NCBI GenBank assembly: GCA_963693365.1
Contig: CAVNZM010000015.1
Coordinates: 4,719,502 to 4,783,501, forward strand
Reading direction: 5' to 3'
DNA from: Amoebidium appalachense
Taxonomy: Eukaryota; Protista; Ichthyosporea
Length of the DNA: 64,000 bases
Shown piece after piece: positions 1 to 22,046 of this stretch. The notes beneath the pieces are model-generated. The model was not told the DNA's origin. It saw only the letters and a list, made by a program, of their open reading frames with translations, and searched no databases. The position numbers and the translations under genes are program-made. Each line of letters begins with the position of its first letter. Position 1 is the first letter of the stretch.

Positions 1-55
1 AGGGGGGGGGAAGGGTGGTGGTGATAGTGGTGGATGGTTGGGTGGATTGGGTACG

Positions 56-87
<32 letters not shown>

Positions 88-224
88 AGACGAGACTGGA
101 TAGTGATTTTGACAGTTTCCTATACATGGGGCATGATACGCAGGCTTGGGAGGGCAAGGGATGATTTGTTCTCTATTCCTTCCTCCTCCCTTTTTTTTTG
201 GATTCGAGAGGGAGAGAGGGAGGG

Positions 225-261
<37 letters not shown>

Positions 262-268
262 GCTTTAC

Positions 269-1176
269 CTTCCACATTGGTGTGACTTTTCCCTTACGTT
301 TTGGACCGTTTTCAATCATTTTCTGAAAAGAAAGGAAAGAGTAACTGTTATGCTCTTCAGTAAACACAGTTGGGTTGGCAGAGCTGAGGAAAAACAAGTA
401 CTAAGTGATTTGAAGATGGAAAAGTGGGCAAATGCAAACAGAGAAAAGGGCAGGGAGAGTGGAGGGAAGAGAGGGAGATGGTGTGAGGGAGAAAGGGGGA
501 GGAGGGACGGAGAGAGGTGGGGAGTGAGGAGAGAAGACATGCAGGCAGGGACACCGGGGAGAGAGGGGGGGGTTTGAATGCGTCATAAAGTACGAAGTAC
601 ACAAGAACAAACGGATAACACGATGCAGAATGCAAGCCATACATAAAGAGTATGCATAATAAGCAGAGCCCATCCTCAGGGGGGCGCCCACGTCATCCAC
701 AGTACCCGAGTTTCGACCTATTCACCTCGTTAACGAAACCCAACTCAGATACTGTTTTACTTGAACATGGGTAGGTCACCCGTCTTGATCAGAGACGAGC
801 AGGGTTGCTTATGCCGGCAAGGGCAGTGGGAAAGGCCGGGGGTTAAAGTTGCAGCAGTAAGCAGAAGCAAGAAAAATATAGATAGGAACTCAGGAGACGG
901 GGCTTCTAGAAAGCTCCCCCGACGCTACCTAAGTCGATACGGGAGAGAGGGGGGGAGGGGGGGGGGGGGGGGGGGGGGGGGAGGCGTAGAGGGGGAGAGA
1001 GGACGACAGGATGAGATGGGGAAGGGACGGGTGGACGAAAGGAGGGATGGAGAGAAGGAGGGAGAAAAAACGACGATGCATAGCCAAAAAACCGCCTGAA
1101 GAGAGAACAGAGAATAAGTTGCCCCAAATTGTTGTCCGGGGAGAAGGAGGAAGAAGGGGGGTTTTTTTTTTCCTTG

Positions 1177-1217
<41 letters not shown>

Positions 1218-1356
1218 GAATGTGTTATAGAGCGCAAAGTACACTTTAATAACGGACAATACGATGCAGAGTGCAAACTACGCAAAGAGTATGCAGTAAG
1301 AAGTAGAGCCTATCGTCAAGGGGGGCCCAAGTCATCCACAGAACCCCACCGCGCGG

Positions 1357-1397
<41 letters not shown>

Positions 1398-1622
1398 TGT
1401 GTGGTAGGGGGGGGGGGGGGAGTCCTACAAGGTACACGTTTCCAGTCACACTCGTCTTCAGAGTCTCGCTGTCTCCACTGTGTGCGCCTTGTTAGCCACA
1501 TATTTGACATGAGAAACCATGGAGAAACATCCCCCTCTCCCCCCCCCTCCCCCCGGCGCACATACGCACACCCCAACACATCTCCCATCCTGACTAATGA
1601 AATAATTACCTTGGCCTCAAAC

Positions 1623-1654
<32 letters not shown>

Positions 1655-2270
1655 AAAAAATCCTTTTTGTTGTTGTTGTTGTTGTGGTGGTGGTGTGTGT
1701 GTGTGTGCGTGTGTGGGTGGGTGGGGGGGGGGGGGGTTGGTTGGTTTCCGACAACCAGACCGAGAGAGGGAGAGAGGGAGAGAACGAGAGCGAGTGGGGA
1801 GGGAGGGGGAGGGAGGGGGAAGTGTGTGTGTGTATGTCGTGGTCGTAGTGGTGGGGGAAGGGGGGAACACGGGTTGGTTGGGTGGATGGGGGGAGGACGG
1901 GGGGCATATGCATCCCCTTGGCCTTCCCAACAGCCTGACCAGGTATATGTAAGGGGGATAAACAGAAGAGAGGGGATACAGAGAGAAATACACGCACAGA
2001 GGCGGAGAGAGCAGGGGGGGAAGGTGAGGTAGGAGGAGGAGGAGGAGGAGGAGGGGGAAGGGGGGGGGGGGGGGGGGGGGGGGGGGGTGATGTATGCGTT
2101 ATTGGGTTGGAAACATGGAGGAGACACCAAAGGACAAACTACACAACATCACAAAAATTCCAAACCCGAAATCAAACAATTTGAGCGTGCAGGCACAAGA
2201 CACTTCAACAGAGCCCATCGACGGGTGAGGGGGAGAAGGGGAGAGGACGAAGGAGGGGGGGGGGGGGGGG

Positions 2271-2351
<81 letters not shown>

Positions 2352-2362
2352 TGTGTGTGTGT

Positions 2363-2405
<43 letters not shown>

Positions 2406-2528
2406 GAGAGAAGAGAAGAGAGAGAGAGTGTGTGTGTGAGAGAGAGGGGGGAGGGGAGAGAGAGGGGGGGGGGGGGGGGAGAGAGAGAGAGAGAGAGTGT
2501 GTGTGTGTGTGTGTGTGTGAGGGGGGAG

Positions 2529-2591
<63 letters not shown>

Positions 2592-2843
2592 CACGTACGT
2601 AGCCAGGGCGGTGTTGACCCTAATGTAGACCTGCTCCACCTGCTCGGCAAACTCACGCACCTTGAAGCCCTTCATGTGCCGCTTGGCTATGGCCACACTG
2701 CACGTGCACGCGTGTGAGTGCACATGCACAAAATAATTCTAGATGCACGTGCATAAAATACTACGTGACGTATGCTAAATGAGGGAGAAGGCACCACTGC
2801 AAACAAATCAACTACAGTTACTAGGTCAGTGTGTGTAGGAGTT

Positions 2844-2876
<33 letters not shown>

Positions 2877-3569
2877 ATGTGCATGTATTGACCTGTGTGT
2901 ATGTGCATGCATGTGTATGCGTGTGTGTGTTTGTCACCTAGGTGTGTGCGGGCACGTGTGTGTACGCACGTTTTTCTGTCGACGGCTGCAGTGTGGACAC
3001 CCCCAACCCCCTCCCCCCCACACGGTGTGTTGAGTCATGCACGTGGCCGGAAAATGAATGTGCAAGCACAATCTCTTTAAACTCGAGTGTGTATGTCTAT
3101 GTATGTGTGGAGTGGGGGAAAGGAGAGGGGGTTATATGTATGCGTGTGGGGGTGCATACCTGTGTTTGCGTGTGTGTGTGCGTCCATGCGCGTGCGCGTG
3201 CGCGTGCGTGCATGTGTGTGCATTTCTGCTCGTGTCTGTTGGTGTGTGTATGTGCGTGGGATTTGCGTCGCGTGCGTGCGTGGGATTTGCGTCTGTGTGT
3301 GTGTGCGGCTGCGTGTGTGCATGTGTATGTGTGCGCGCACAAGCGTGAGTGTGCATGTGAGTGTGCGCGTGGGTGTGCGCGTGCATGTGTGTGCGTGTGC
3401 GCACGCGTGCGTCAAATGATGTGTGTGTGTGTGTGTGTGTGTGCATGATAGCACCCACCCAATTGTTGACTGGAACATTCCCTTGAAGTTCTGCCACCGC
3501 TGGCCGAATCCGTCTTTGCTGAAAATAGACTTCATCTGGTCTTTCTCAAAGGGCGGTGATTCAATGACT

Positions 3570-3622
<53 letters not shown>

Positions 3623-4188
3623 GTGTATGTGTTTGAGTGTCTGTGTGTGTGTGTTGGTATGTGTTGGTATAATGAGTTAGGGGGGATTCTGACATTTTCA
3701 GAAACATATCCTTGCCCCCTAAACCGCCTGAAGTCACAGCCAGGGAACCCCCCCCCCCCCCCTTCCCCCTCCCCCCCCCCCGGGGCGGGGGATGTTGAGG
3801 AGAGCCATAATTGGTATCGTATAGGCATCGCTCAGAGGCAAATCCCGATGTATCCAACGGCCCACCACTATCCGTATCTTCCGTATTTCCAGGGGGGAGG
3901 GGGGAGGGGGGGGAGGGGGGGAGGAAGGGAGGGGGGGGGGGGGGGGGGGGAGAGGGAAAGAGAGAGAGAAGAGAGAGGAGGAGAGAGGGAGGGAGGGGGG
4001 GAGAGAGAGAGAGAGAGAGAGAGAGACGCATAGAAGGGTTAGAATTATGGAGGAGACACACAAAACGTCACAAAAACGAGAAACAAAACATCAAGCCTTC
4101 AAAAAGGAAAAACGTGCAGGTAGAAAACAAAACAAAACCCATCATCAGGGGAGGGGGGGGGGGGGGGTTGGAGTTGGGGTAGAAAGGC

Positions 4189-4219
<31 letters not shown>

Positions 4220-4373
4220 CAAGCAGCACATACCGAGCTGGCCCAGAGAGAGGATGGGAATCTTCTGGTAATCGGCAATGTCTGTGGGTGGACGGAACCC
4301 TGGCTTCTTCATCTCCTCCTTCATGATACTGGTGCATGTGTGAGATGGGTACGTGCCCACACACACACACACA

Positions 4374-4404
<31 letters not shown>

Positions 4405-4520
4405 GCTATCTAGCTCTGTACACCCCCCCCCCCCCCCCCCCCCTCACACACTCTTCTCTATGCAACAGTCTGTCTTCCCCCTCCCCTCCCCCTGCAAAGT
4501 ATGCGTGAATTGGGCATGTG

Positions 4521-4563
<43 letters not shown>

Positions 4564-4863
4564 CCCCCACTCCTCCCCTTAATCCTGTAACCCCCTCTCC
4601 CCCCCCCCCCCACACACACACACAGCCCCCACTCCTCCCCTTAACCCTGTAACCCCCCCCCCCCCCCCCCCCCCCCCACACACACAGCCTCTTCTCTATA
4701 AAGCAGGCTCTCATCCCCCCCCCCCCCCCCCTTCCCCCTATCTCTCTCTCTCTCTCCCACCCTCCCTCCAACTTTCCCCCCTCCCCTCTCCCTCCCCTCT
4801 TCCCCTCCCCCCTTCTTAACCGTCTCTCTCTCCATCTCTCTTTCTCCCTCCCTCCCCCTCCCC

Positions 4864-4896
<33 letters not shown>

Positions 4897-5185
4897 ACAC
4901 ACACACCCTTCTCGCTAGAAGAAAGGGATCATGTGACCATGCAAAAGCTAGAGTGAAGTGGCATGGAGGTTTTGTTTTATCCCTTTCTTTCTTTCTTTCT
5001 TTCTTTGGGGGGGGGGGGGGGGGATGCACTGATTAGATCGTTTCTGATTGCTTCGCGCACCAAAACAACCACAGCCACAACCCCCCCCCCCCCCCCGTCC
5101 CGCCCCCTGCCCTCCCCCCCCCCCCCCCCCGTCCCGCCCCTGCCCTCCCCCCCCCCCCCCCCCCCGTCCCGCCCCTGCCCCCCCC

Positions 5186-5233
<48 letters not shown>

Positions 5234-5626
5234 AAAAAAGAAAAAAAGAAAAGAAAAATCCCAGCTTCGGAGGATCTTTTTCGTCTCTTCCTAATCTAAC
5301 GCCTACATTGGCTACTCTAAAAATGAGTTTTTTTCTGTACATCCCCCCCCCCCCCCCCCTTCTCTCAAGAAAAAAGTTGGGGGGGTGGCCAATACATATA
5401 AATGGGTGTGTGTAGCGCAGGCGGGCGGGGGCGGGGGGGGAGGGGGGTAGAAAAAAGAGAAAAACACAGGTAGACAACATGCACAACACGGAAAAAACCA
5501 AAAAACCCTTATTAAAAAATAAACTAAAAAAACTCGAGACTTACTCTTTCATCATCTTCCTCTTGGCCTTGACGCCTGAAAACGGTGATGCATGCCGTAC
5601 ACTCTGCAATGGCTATACATGGGGAG

Positions 5627-5659
<33 letters not shown>

Positions 5660-7776
5660 TGAATGCGTCAAAAAGTACGAAGTACACAAGAACAAACGGA
5701 TAACACGATGCAGAATGCAAGCCATACATAAAGAGTATGCATAATAAGCAGAGCCCATCCTCAGGGGGGGCCCACGTCATCCACAGTACCCGAGTTTCGA
5801 CCTATTCCCCTCGTTAACGAAACCCAACTCAGATACTGTTTCACTTGAACATGAGTAGGTCACCCGTCTTGATCAGAGACGAGCAGGGTTGCTTATGCAG
5901 GCAAGGGCAGTGGGAAAGGCCGGGGGTTAAAGTTGCAGCAGTAAGCAGAAGCAAGAAAAATATAGATAGGAACTCAGGAGACGGGGCTTCTAGGAAGCTC
6001 CCCCGTCGATACCTAAGTCGATACTTCCCTGGCTAACATGGGGGGGGGGGGGGGAGGGGAGGGCGGAGGTAGGGGAGGAAGGGGAGGGGACGGGGGGGGG
6101 GGGGGGGGGGGGGGAGAGGGGGAGAACGACGGGGGGAGAGTTAGTGTGTGTGTGTGCGCGCGCGCGTGTGCGCACGCGCGTAAGCAAGCATGTGTGTCAA
6201 AATGTGTGGGTAGGTGTCTGTATGTTGGCAATTTTTTTTTCCCTACTGTACATGTGCCGTTAACACTATGCCAGGTCGATATCACACACAGTATTGGTTT
6301 AAAGCCCGCCATTTACTCTTAAGTGTATCTGTATTTGTGCACCGACCCATGACTGTTTTCCTGGTATCCCCCCCCCCCGGCCCCCCACACACACAACCTC
6401 CCCACACACACACCCTGCCCACTCTCTCTCTGTGTGTACCCTAATTATGTACATCCCCGCAATTTTATATACCCGTAATTCTGTATATCCGGTTTGAAGT
6501 GTTATACGTTTTGGCTTTACATCCCCTTCAGCCCATATATAAACTTCACCCCCTGCCTCCCACAAGTGTATCGATGTCTATAACCGGTCGATGTGTGTAT
6601 GTGGCCCATGGCGCTTCCCGTCCCTCTTCCTTGAACATTCCTCCCCCCTCCCCCCCCCCCCCCCTCCCACCCCTTTCCGCTTCTTCTTTCCACCCTTGTC
6701 CTGCCCACTCCCCCTTAAACTCCCCCCTCCCCCCAAACCCCACACCCACCCATCCAGCAAGAACAGGCGGCCCAGGAACGTAAAAAAGTAAAGCCGAAGG
6801 ACAACCACCACCTAAACGGCTGTAATCGCAGGCATGCCAGACCCCCTTGTGTATTCATCCTCAAGAAACATCACCTCATCACCTTCACCTTCTTTCCTGC
6901 CTTGCAGTATTCTTCAACTCAACACAACCCTTCAACCAAAACATGACGTCTAATCAAACATCCCATCAGAAGTTACCTATTCAAAAAAAAGCCTCGCTGA
7001 TCAGCAATCTATCTCTTATGTACACTAACTGAAAGAAAGCATAAACATGGAAATTAAATCTCATGTCACCCAAGGACAAGCAGCCACATACCAGAGCAGC
7101 CACAGCAACAGGTACCAGACCGGAGCGGAACAAGGACCCTGGGCCCACCGCTGCAAGATGTAAAGGTGTATCAAGACGGGTCTTCCCTAACGCCAAAACA
7201 TGCACAAGGAAAACAAAGAAAGGAATACACTTGTCTCTTCCCCTCCCCCCCCCCCCCCCCTCCCCCCCCCCCCACCCGGCCAGCCCCCCCGCCCCCCCCC
7301 TCCCTCTCCCCCCCCCTTCCCGGTGTAGAATGTATTCTGTCCGTACCTCCTCAGGCATTCCCCACCCGTCCCCCTTCTTCAATTAAACTTCCCCTACTTC
7401 TCCCCCCTCCCCCCCTCGCTCCCCCCTCCCCCCCCCTCCCTCTTGCTCTCCCCCCCCCACCAGGGGGGGAGGGGGAGGGCTTAACAAACTACTGCTTACG
7501 TAAAAACCGTTGGTCAAATTGAAAAAGTCGAACAACCTTTAGGATGTAGGGTGACGTGTGTTCAAGAGAGTTGGTGACTGAAAGTATTAGGTGATTTTGA
7601 GCAGCCGAAAATAGACAAAAACGAAGAGAGGGAAAGGGGAGGGAGGGAGGGAGGGAGGGAGGGAGGGAGGGGAAAAGTGTCCGGGGGAAGTGCTAAAAAA
7701 AAACCACAGCAAAGATCCTCTTAATAAGCTTTGGAGGATTATTACCTGTGCGTACTAGGGGACGTAGAAGAGACAT
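269..7776 (-). CDS. MRPL45: Mitochondrial ribosomal protein mL45-like (Tim44-like domain), 3'-incomplete; 8 exons in window
   Basis: Phase-consistent GT-AG exons 7776-7746, 7150-7092, 5603-5545, 4328-4234, 3567-3459, 2697-2599, 1477-1429, 322-269. Translation: MSLLRPLVRTAVGPGSLFRSGLVPVAVAALSVRHASPFSGVKAKRKMMKDIMKEEMKKPGFRPPTDIADYQKIPILSLGQLVIESPPFEKDQMKSIFSKDGFGQRWQNFKGMFQSTIGVAIAKRHMKGFKVREFAEQVEQVYIRVNTALATGDSETLKTSVTGNVYLKMIENGPKRKGKVTPMWK. Basic transit-peptide-like N-terminus; the core resembles the mL45 pattern SKEG...FK.K.F.E.....F..A..L....D.L...VT (from memory). Confidence 0.82.
572..940 (-). repeat. PLE-3'-end repeat, long copy (near-identical to 5657-6024)
   Basis: About 370 bp direct repeat with only scattered substitutions relative to 5657-6024; adjoins a G-run (poly(C) on the element strand). 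Confidence 0.9.
5657..6024 (-). repeat. PLE-3'-end repeat, long copy (near-identical to 572-940)
   Basis: Same sequence as 572-940 in another mL45 intron; abuts the G-run 5627-5657. Confidence 0.9.
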
Positions 7777-8675
7777 ATTGCCGTTCACTTCAAAAAACAA
7801 CGTGAAACGATGGTCAAGAATAGTGTGTAAAACACCGTCTCGGGTCAGTCTTGCATGCGGGGCAGACTGCTTCACGTGAAGCTTATATATGCTGATGATT
7901 TGCTTGTCACCGTGGGAATCCGTGCACCTTAAAACGTAGGAGTAATAAACGAGTTATCTCTGCGAAGTCGCAAAATTCTACTAATGCTTCAAGTTGATCC
8001 TCGACCCTAACTGGCCTTCCAAACGAGTGTATACAATCTGCTCTCTTCAACCCTAGAGTTTCTTCTCGCTCGAACCTGTTCTCTACTACCTCAGAAACAC
8101 TTATACACTGTTATCACTTAGTGTAAAGCCCCAGTTTTGAATCTTCCTCACAGATGTTTTCGGTGTGATGTTTTCGGTGATCTTCCGAAAATCTACTCTC
8201 TCCCCCTTCTCCTGTGTGTGGTCTCACGTGGCGGTGTGGAAACTTTCGCGGCTCGCGCAGTCTGCGCAATTCTGATTGGTTCACCTTCCAATGGTGCAAT
8301 ATAAACCAATCAAAAACAGCCCATATTGCCAAAAACAGTTATTTATTTACGCAAACTCTTTCAGACAAGCTCACCTTCGATCCCTCGCGAGCTCTCTCTG
8401 GCACACCCTACCACTGTCTCCCTTTTCTTTTTTTCTTTCTTTTTTTTCTTTTTTTCTTTTTTTTTTTTTTTTTTTTTTTTGGCAAAAAGGGCCGCCTCAA
8501 GTAGATGTATAACGTCGCACGTGCGGCAACACGTCAGTACGTGTTAGCTCTGGACCGCAAGTTTCAACCCCTCCCCGCGACTTTTTTTTTTGCCTTTTGT
8601 CTAGCTGGGAGATTAGCTAATGTTGTTTTTATCACATGTTCTATCCCTATTAGCATCTACCAAAAAATAGCAGAG
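7777..8675. promoter_or_regulatory. Probable bidirectional promoter between mL45 and PRCC
   Basis: About 900 bp between divergent ATGs, free of microsatellites. Oppositely oriented CCAAT boxes (ctgattgg ~8272, ccaatca ~8306) and CACGTG motifs (~7874, ~8225, ~8518). Confidence 0.5.
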
Positions 8676-17827
<9,152 letters not shown>

Positions 17828-18226
17828 CCCTGCCTCGGCCCCGGGCACCGTAATACGAAATGACATATGCCGGAAAATGACCCAGATTTCCAATCTATCT
17901 GCAGGAATGTCCAAGAATTTCGATTTTTCTTCTGATATAATTTTATTTGTCAATTTGTTCTGGGTTTGATGTGGTCGCCTTTGAGTGTGAATGGAGTAAG
18001 CTTGGAACCTTTTTTTTGTTATGCTCAAGAGTGTTGGCCTGTGACATGCCAGCGTGTGAGTGATGGTGTTTCTCAGGTATCTGTTTTGTGTTCTTCACAT
18101 GTGTTTCTACTCCATCATAGGTCATGTCAATTTTGCATTGCCATTCTCAAAATTTAATAGCTACATGCATGGGCACACCCACACACACCGCCTCGCCGAG
18201 TCAGCACGCACAAACACAAACACAAG

Positions 18227-18356
<130 letters not shown>

Positions 18357-19604
18357 GCACCAGCTCTTTGAGTATTTGCAATCGTGGGCAACAAGATGAT
18401 CTGAGGGAGAACATAACGAGTTAATGCGAGCGAGTATATACCTTACGGTTGAATTTTCGTATTTGGTATATCTTGTTGGATAGTTGGTAAAGTTATCTAA
18501 CCGACTATCTCGTTGTCTATTGCGATTGGAATTTATATCCGTTCTTTGCCCTGTCTGATGCCCCGATCTAATAAGTAAAAATCACCTTTATAGTAAAAAT
18601 TCTTGCCCTTTTTTTTCGGTTTTCGTAGGGCTGGTATGCAATTGGGTTGAGGTTGGCATACTCGCAGAAGGGGGGAGGAGAGGGGGGGAGGGGATGCCAG
18701 TTCATATGTCTAAGCAATTGAATACCGATTAAGGAAAAATAAGGGCCTGAGTTCAGTGCATGTGTACGAGGTGTAAGATTAAATTACTTAGTTGTTTACT
18801 TGGCTGATCATCAATGGGCTACCTAGCGACCACCTGCAGCATGGACACATAGGCCGGACTTTATGCCCCCTTCCCCCCTCCCCCCAACACCACTACCACC
18901 ACCCCCACCATCCTCTCTCTCTCTCTCTCTCTCTCTCCCCCCCCCCCCCCCCCCCCCCCCCCCCACTCCCCCCCCTTTCAACCCAGCTTACGATGTATCA
19001 TGCACTCTGCATGTTGTCGGCGTGAATGTGCACTTCGTACTATCTGTAACACATACCTTCCCCCCTCCTCTCCCCCCCCCCCCCCCCCCTCTCCCCCCCT
19101 CTTCCCCCTCTTTCCACCACCTCCGCGGGCTCAACACCCACACATTTATCAAAGAAAGGAAGGAAGTTAACGGCACACACACACACACACACACACACCT
19201 ACACACACACACACACACACAAATAAACACGCACGCACATACACAAACAATTGCACATACACACACAGACACACGGACACCACACACCAACACCACGACC
19301 CTCACTGTGACTCAAGGCACACACGCGCGCGCACACCACCAGACGATTCTTCTGCTCAAATCCATGATATTCAACTTGTACCAAGTTGACCCGGTAGTGA
19401 AACACATGCCGCAAAGTTAACAGCAAACACCCAAATATGTAGCTTGCCCCATGATTTCGACATTATAATTCTCAACGTCATACTGAACAAATGTGAATAT
19501 GGCCTGTTCAATAGTGACTAATAGATGTGTAATAATTGGTTGGGTTGAGAACCACATTTTAGACTACTACGTCACTTTCGGAAGCTTTGAGGCTACACGA
19601 TGTA

Positions 19605-19624
<20 letters not shown>

Positions 19625-19648
<24 letters not shown>

Positions 19649-20090
19649 CTGATTTCGAGGGTCCCTGCCTGAGTCCCCCCCCCCCCCCCCCCCCCCCCAA
19701 AAAAAAAGGTCCGCAACTAATTAATGGCTAAGATTTTAAGGCTTATTGGTTTGATGCTATTACCATAGCTAATGAGAACGTGTTATGTAAAGCAACGCCT
19801 GACATCCATGTACCTGATATGACACCGTGTGGATATGCATACCGAGCAAAAAACCGCCCATACCTAAATTCGGTCCGAATCTGCGCCTCTCAAAGTAAAT
19901 ATTTAAAGCAGAAACCATACTACTATATATTACGTAGTGGCAACCAATCGATTATACACAAAAAGAGCACAAGGCTTCATGTAGCCTCTACGAATATTCC
20001 TACTTTTCTGGTTGTTCTATAAAAACCCTTTTTTTCGTGCCAAAACTTCCCGCCAAAATCTCCATATTTGGCTTATCGGTGCGATCGTAT
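19625..20090 (+). repeat. Diverged interspersed repeat, homologous to ~37165-37480
   Basis: Both read (CA)n-agctgat..cgag.gtccc..An..caactaatt...gacatc.atgtac.tgat...ccgagcaaa..cccatacct. Confidence 0.65.
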
Positions 20091-20116
20091 TGTATGTATG
20101 CATTCGGTGGATACTA

Positions 20117-21994
20117 TTATATATGAACGTAAAACCACACCGTGTCATCCACACAGTATCTTAGCTGCTGGGACACTTTCCGGACTTTGTCAGTTTCGAT
20201 AATTTTCCCTGTGCCCCAACCGAGGGAAGTTTTCGGTTTCGTCGGGCGCCCGATTTCATCAAAATGTTTGCGGCTATCCGCGCCGGCCAGGTCAAAAAAG
20301 ACGCGTATGTGGCTGCGGAAGCGGCTGTGATCGATAAGTGTGACGGTGAAAGAGTGGGGAAAAGGCCATGTTAAATCACCGTCCCGACTCCCGGCACACA
20401 GGCAGAAGTACACGGACATACGACCTGCAACCTCGGGTTTGTCGCCATTTGGATATACCCCCAGAACGAAAGAATAGCCGCTGGGAAGCGTTGCTCGTGT
20501 TGTGTAATGGCATATGCCAACAGCGTTATTTTCCTTTTCGCTCCACTTCTTCAAGTACACAAAGGCACCCATTGTCCGCCTTTTGAATCGGGTTGATCGT
20601 CAGGAGAGAATTGCCATGCCATCACCAAGTCACGCGCTGTGATTTCCTCCTGAAGACTCTCTACGTGCTTGTACAGGAGGGGCGTGTGGGCCTTTGTCTT
20701 TCTATGTTCCTCCATGTTGCGACATTGAATTTCATCCGTACAGCCAGGAACCAGACAGGGAACAGAGGTTGACAGGCAGGCAGCAAGGTGCTCTGTGGGC
20801 AGCGAATAATAGAAACACTTGAGAAAAGACTATTTAAAAAAGCATTTACTAAAGTAAACGAACCTAAATAGCGCAGAAGAAAACTGCCAAGTTACTGTAG
20901 TCAAGTACACAGCCCAAGCTCTAGTAGTAATTGCTACAACAACCAAAAAAGTAGGAATATTGCAATCTCAAAAAATGTATGGACCGGCGTTATTTGCGCG
21001 CGATTTGACTGATTAACCAAATGTGGAAATTTGGGCGGAAAGTTTTGGCGCCCAAAAGTTCTTTTTTTTATTTGAAATTACTATGTAAAAAAAGCAGGAA
21101 TGTTAGAGGAATGTCAGATCCGGTGGTCTCTACTGGCGCAAGCTTATCTATCCTCAATCTTCCCCACCTTCCCGTGCCTTCCCTCCCCCCCTCCGACCCT
21201 CCCCCTTCCCCTCCCCCCTCTCCCCCCCCCCCTTCCCCTCCCCCCTCTCCCCTCCCCCCCCCCCCCCCCCCCCTCCCCCTCCCCCAAACACACATACACA
21301 CACCACACACAGACACACACAAACACACTTGCACACACTGTGACGCACACACAATAACATTAATACAGTGTAGTACACAAACCCACCACTACCAACACGT
21401 ACGACCTCTTTAAAATTTTGCACGCGTGAAACCCCAGCCAATAACAGCGCCTCCAAGGAATTCTCTAAAGGTAAATTCAAAGCAGCAAGCATACCTTGAA
21501 GTTCGTATTCGTTTCCTTGCACTTTCTTGCCGCAGTGCTCACAAACAACCACATGATTATTGGCACGTATATGTGTACGCCTGCATATCCCTCCGTGGCA
21601 CCACCACACCACACCCCTCGTTTGCACACTTGACTGGCTCAAAGGGGCAGCGTGCCGCGTGCTCTGTTATGGTCCCTATAGTGCACGTGTGCTTACACCC
21701 CCTTTCCTTGTTGCTGCAGCTCAGCTCGAGGTTGCCGTGTGTGCGAGTCAAAAGCTTGCCAAAATCCACTAGATTTTCTTCACCGATTTCTTCTCTGTCG
21801 TTTGGGCAAGGTTTTTTCTCGTCTCCTAGCCACTGTCCTATGCAGGGACGGCAGAAAACACACTCGTGATGGTCTCCGGATTTTGCCACACAGCGTGACT
21901 CCTTGCTGCGACCCTCTGTGCAGATGTTACACACAAAGTCCTTGGCTGGCGTGGCGGAGCCAGGCAGAAACCGTGAAAGCTCAAACCTCTCCAT
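20117..21994 (-). pseudogene. TRAF-like protein (RING + TRAF zinc fingers + MATH), disrupted
   Basis: Exon 21994-21495 encodes RING-like CNIC...CVFCRPCIGQWL...CPNDR and zinc fingers CSNKERGC..HAARCPFEPVKCANEGC. Exon 20792-20117 encodes EHLAAC..VPCLVPGC..HRK and MATH GYSFVLGVYPNGD...MSVYFCL..G..DGDLTWPF..FTVTLID...GWG...YCVDDTVW. A frameshift at ~21558 creates a TAA before HVVVCEHCGK, and at least one more frameshift lies at ~20570-20620. Confidence 0.8.
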
Positions 21995-22005
21995 AGTAAA
22001 TTCTT

Positions 22006-22039
<34 letters not shown>

Positions 22040-22046
<7 letters not shown>

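Noticed and set aside
3690-3730. ttcag|GCGGTTT motif (also ~1090) as extra mL45 exons
   Set aside because: The flanking exons already join in phase without them.
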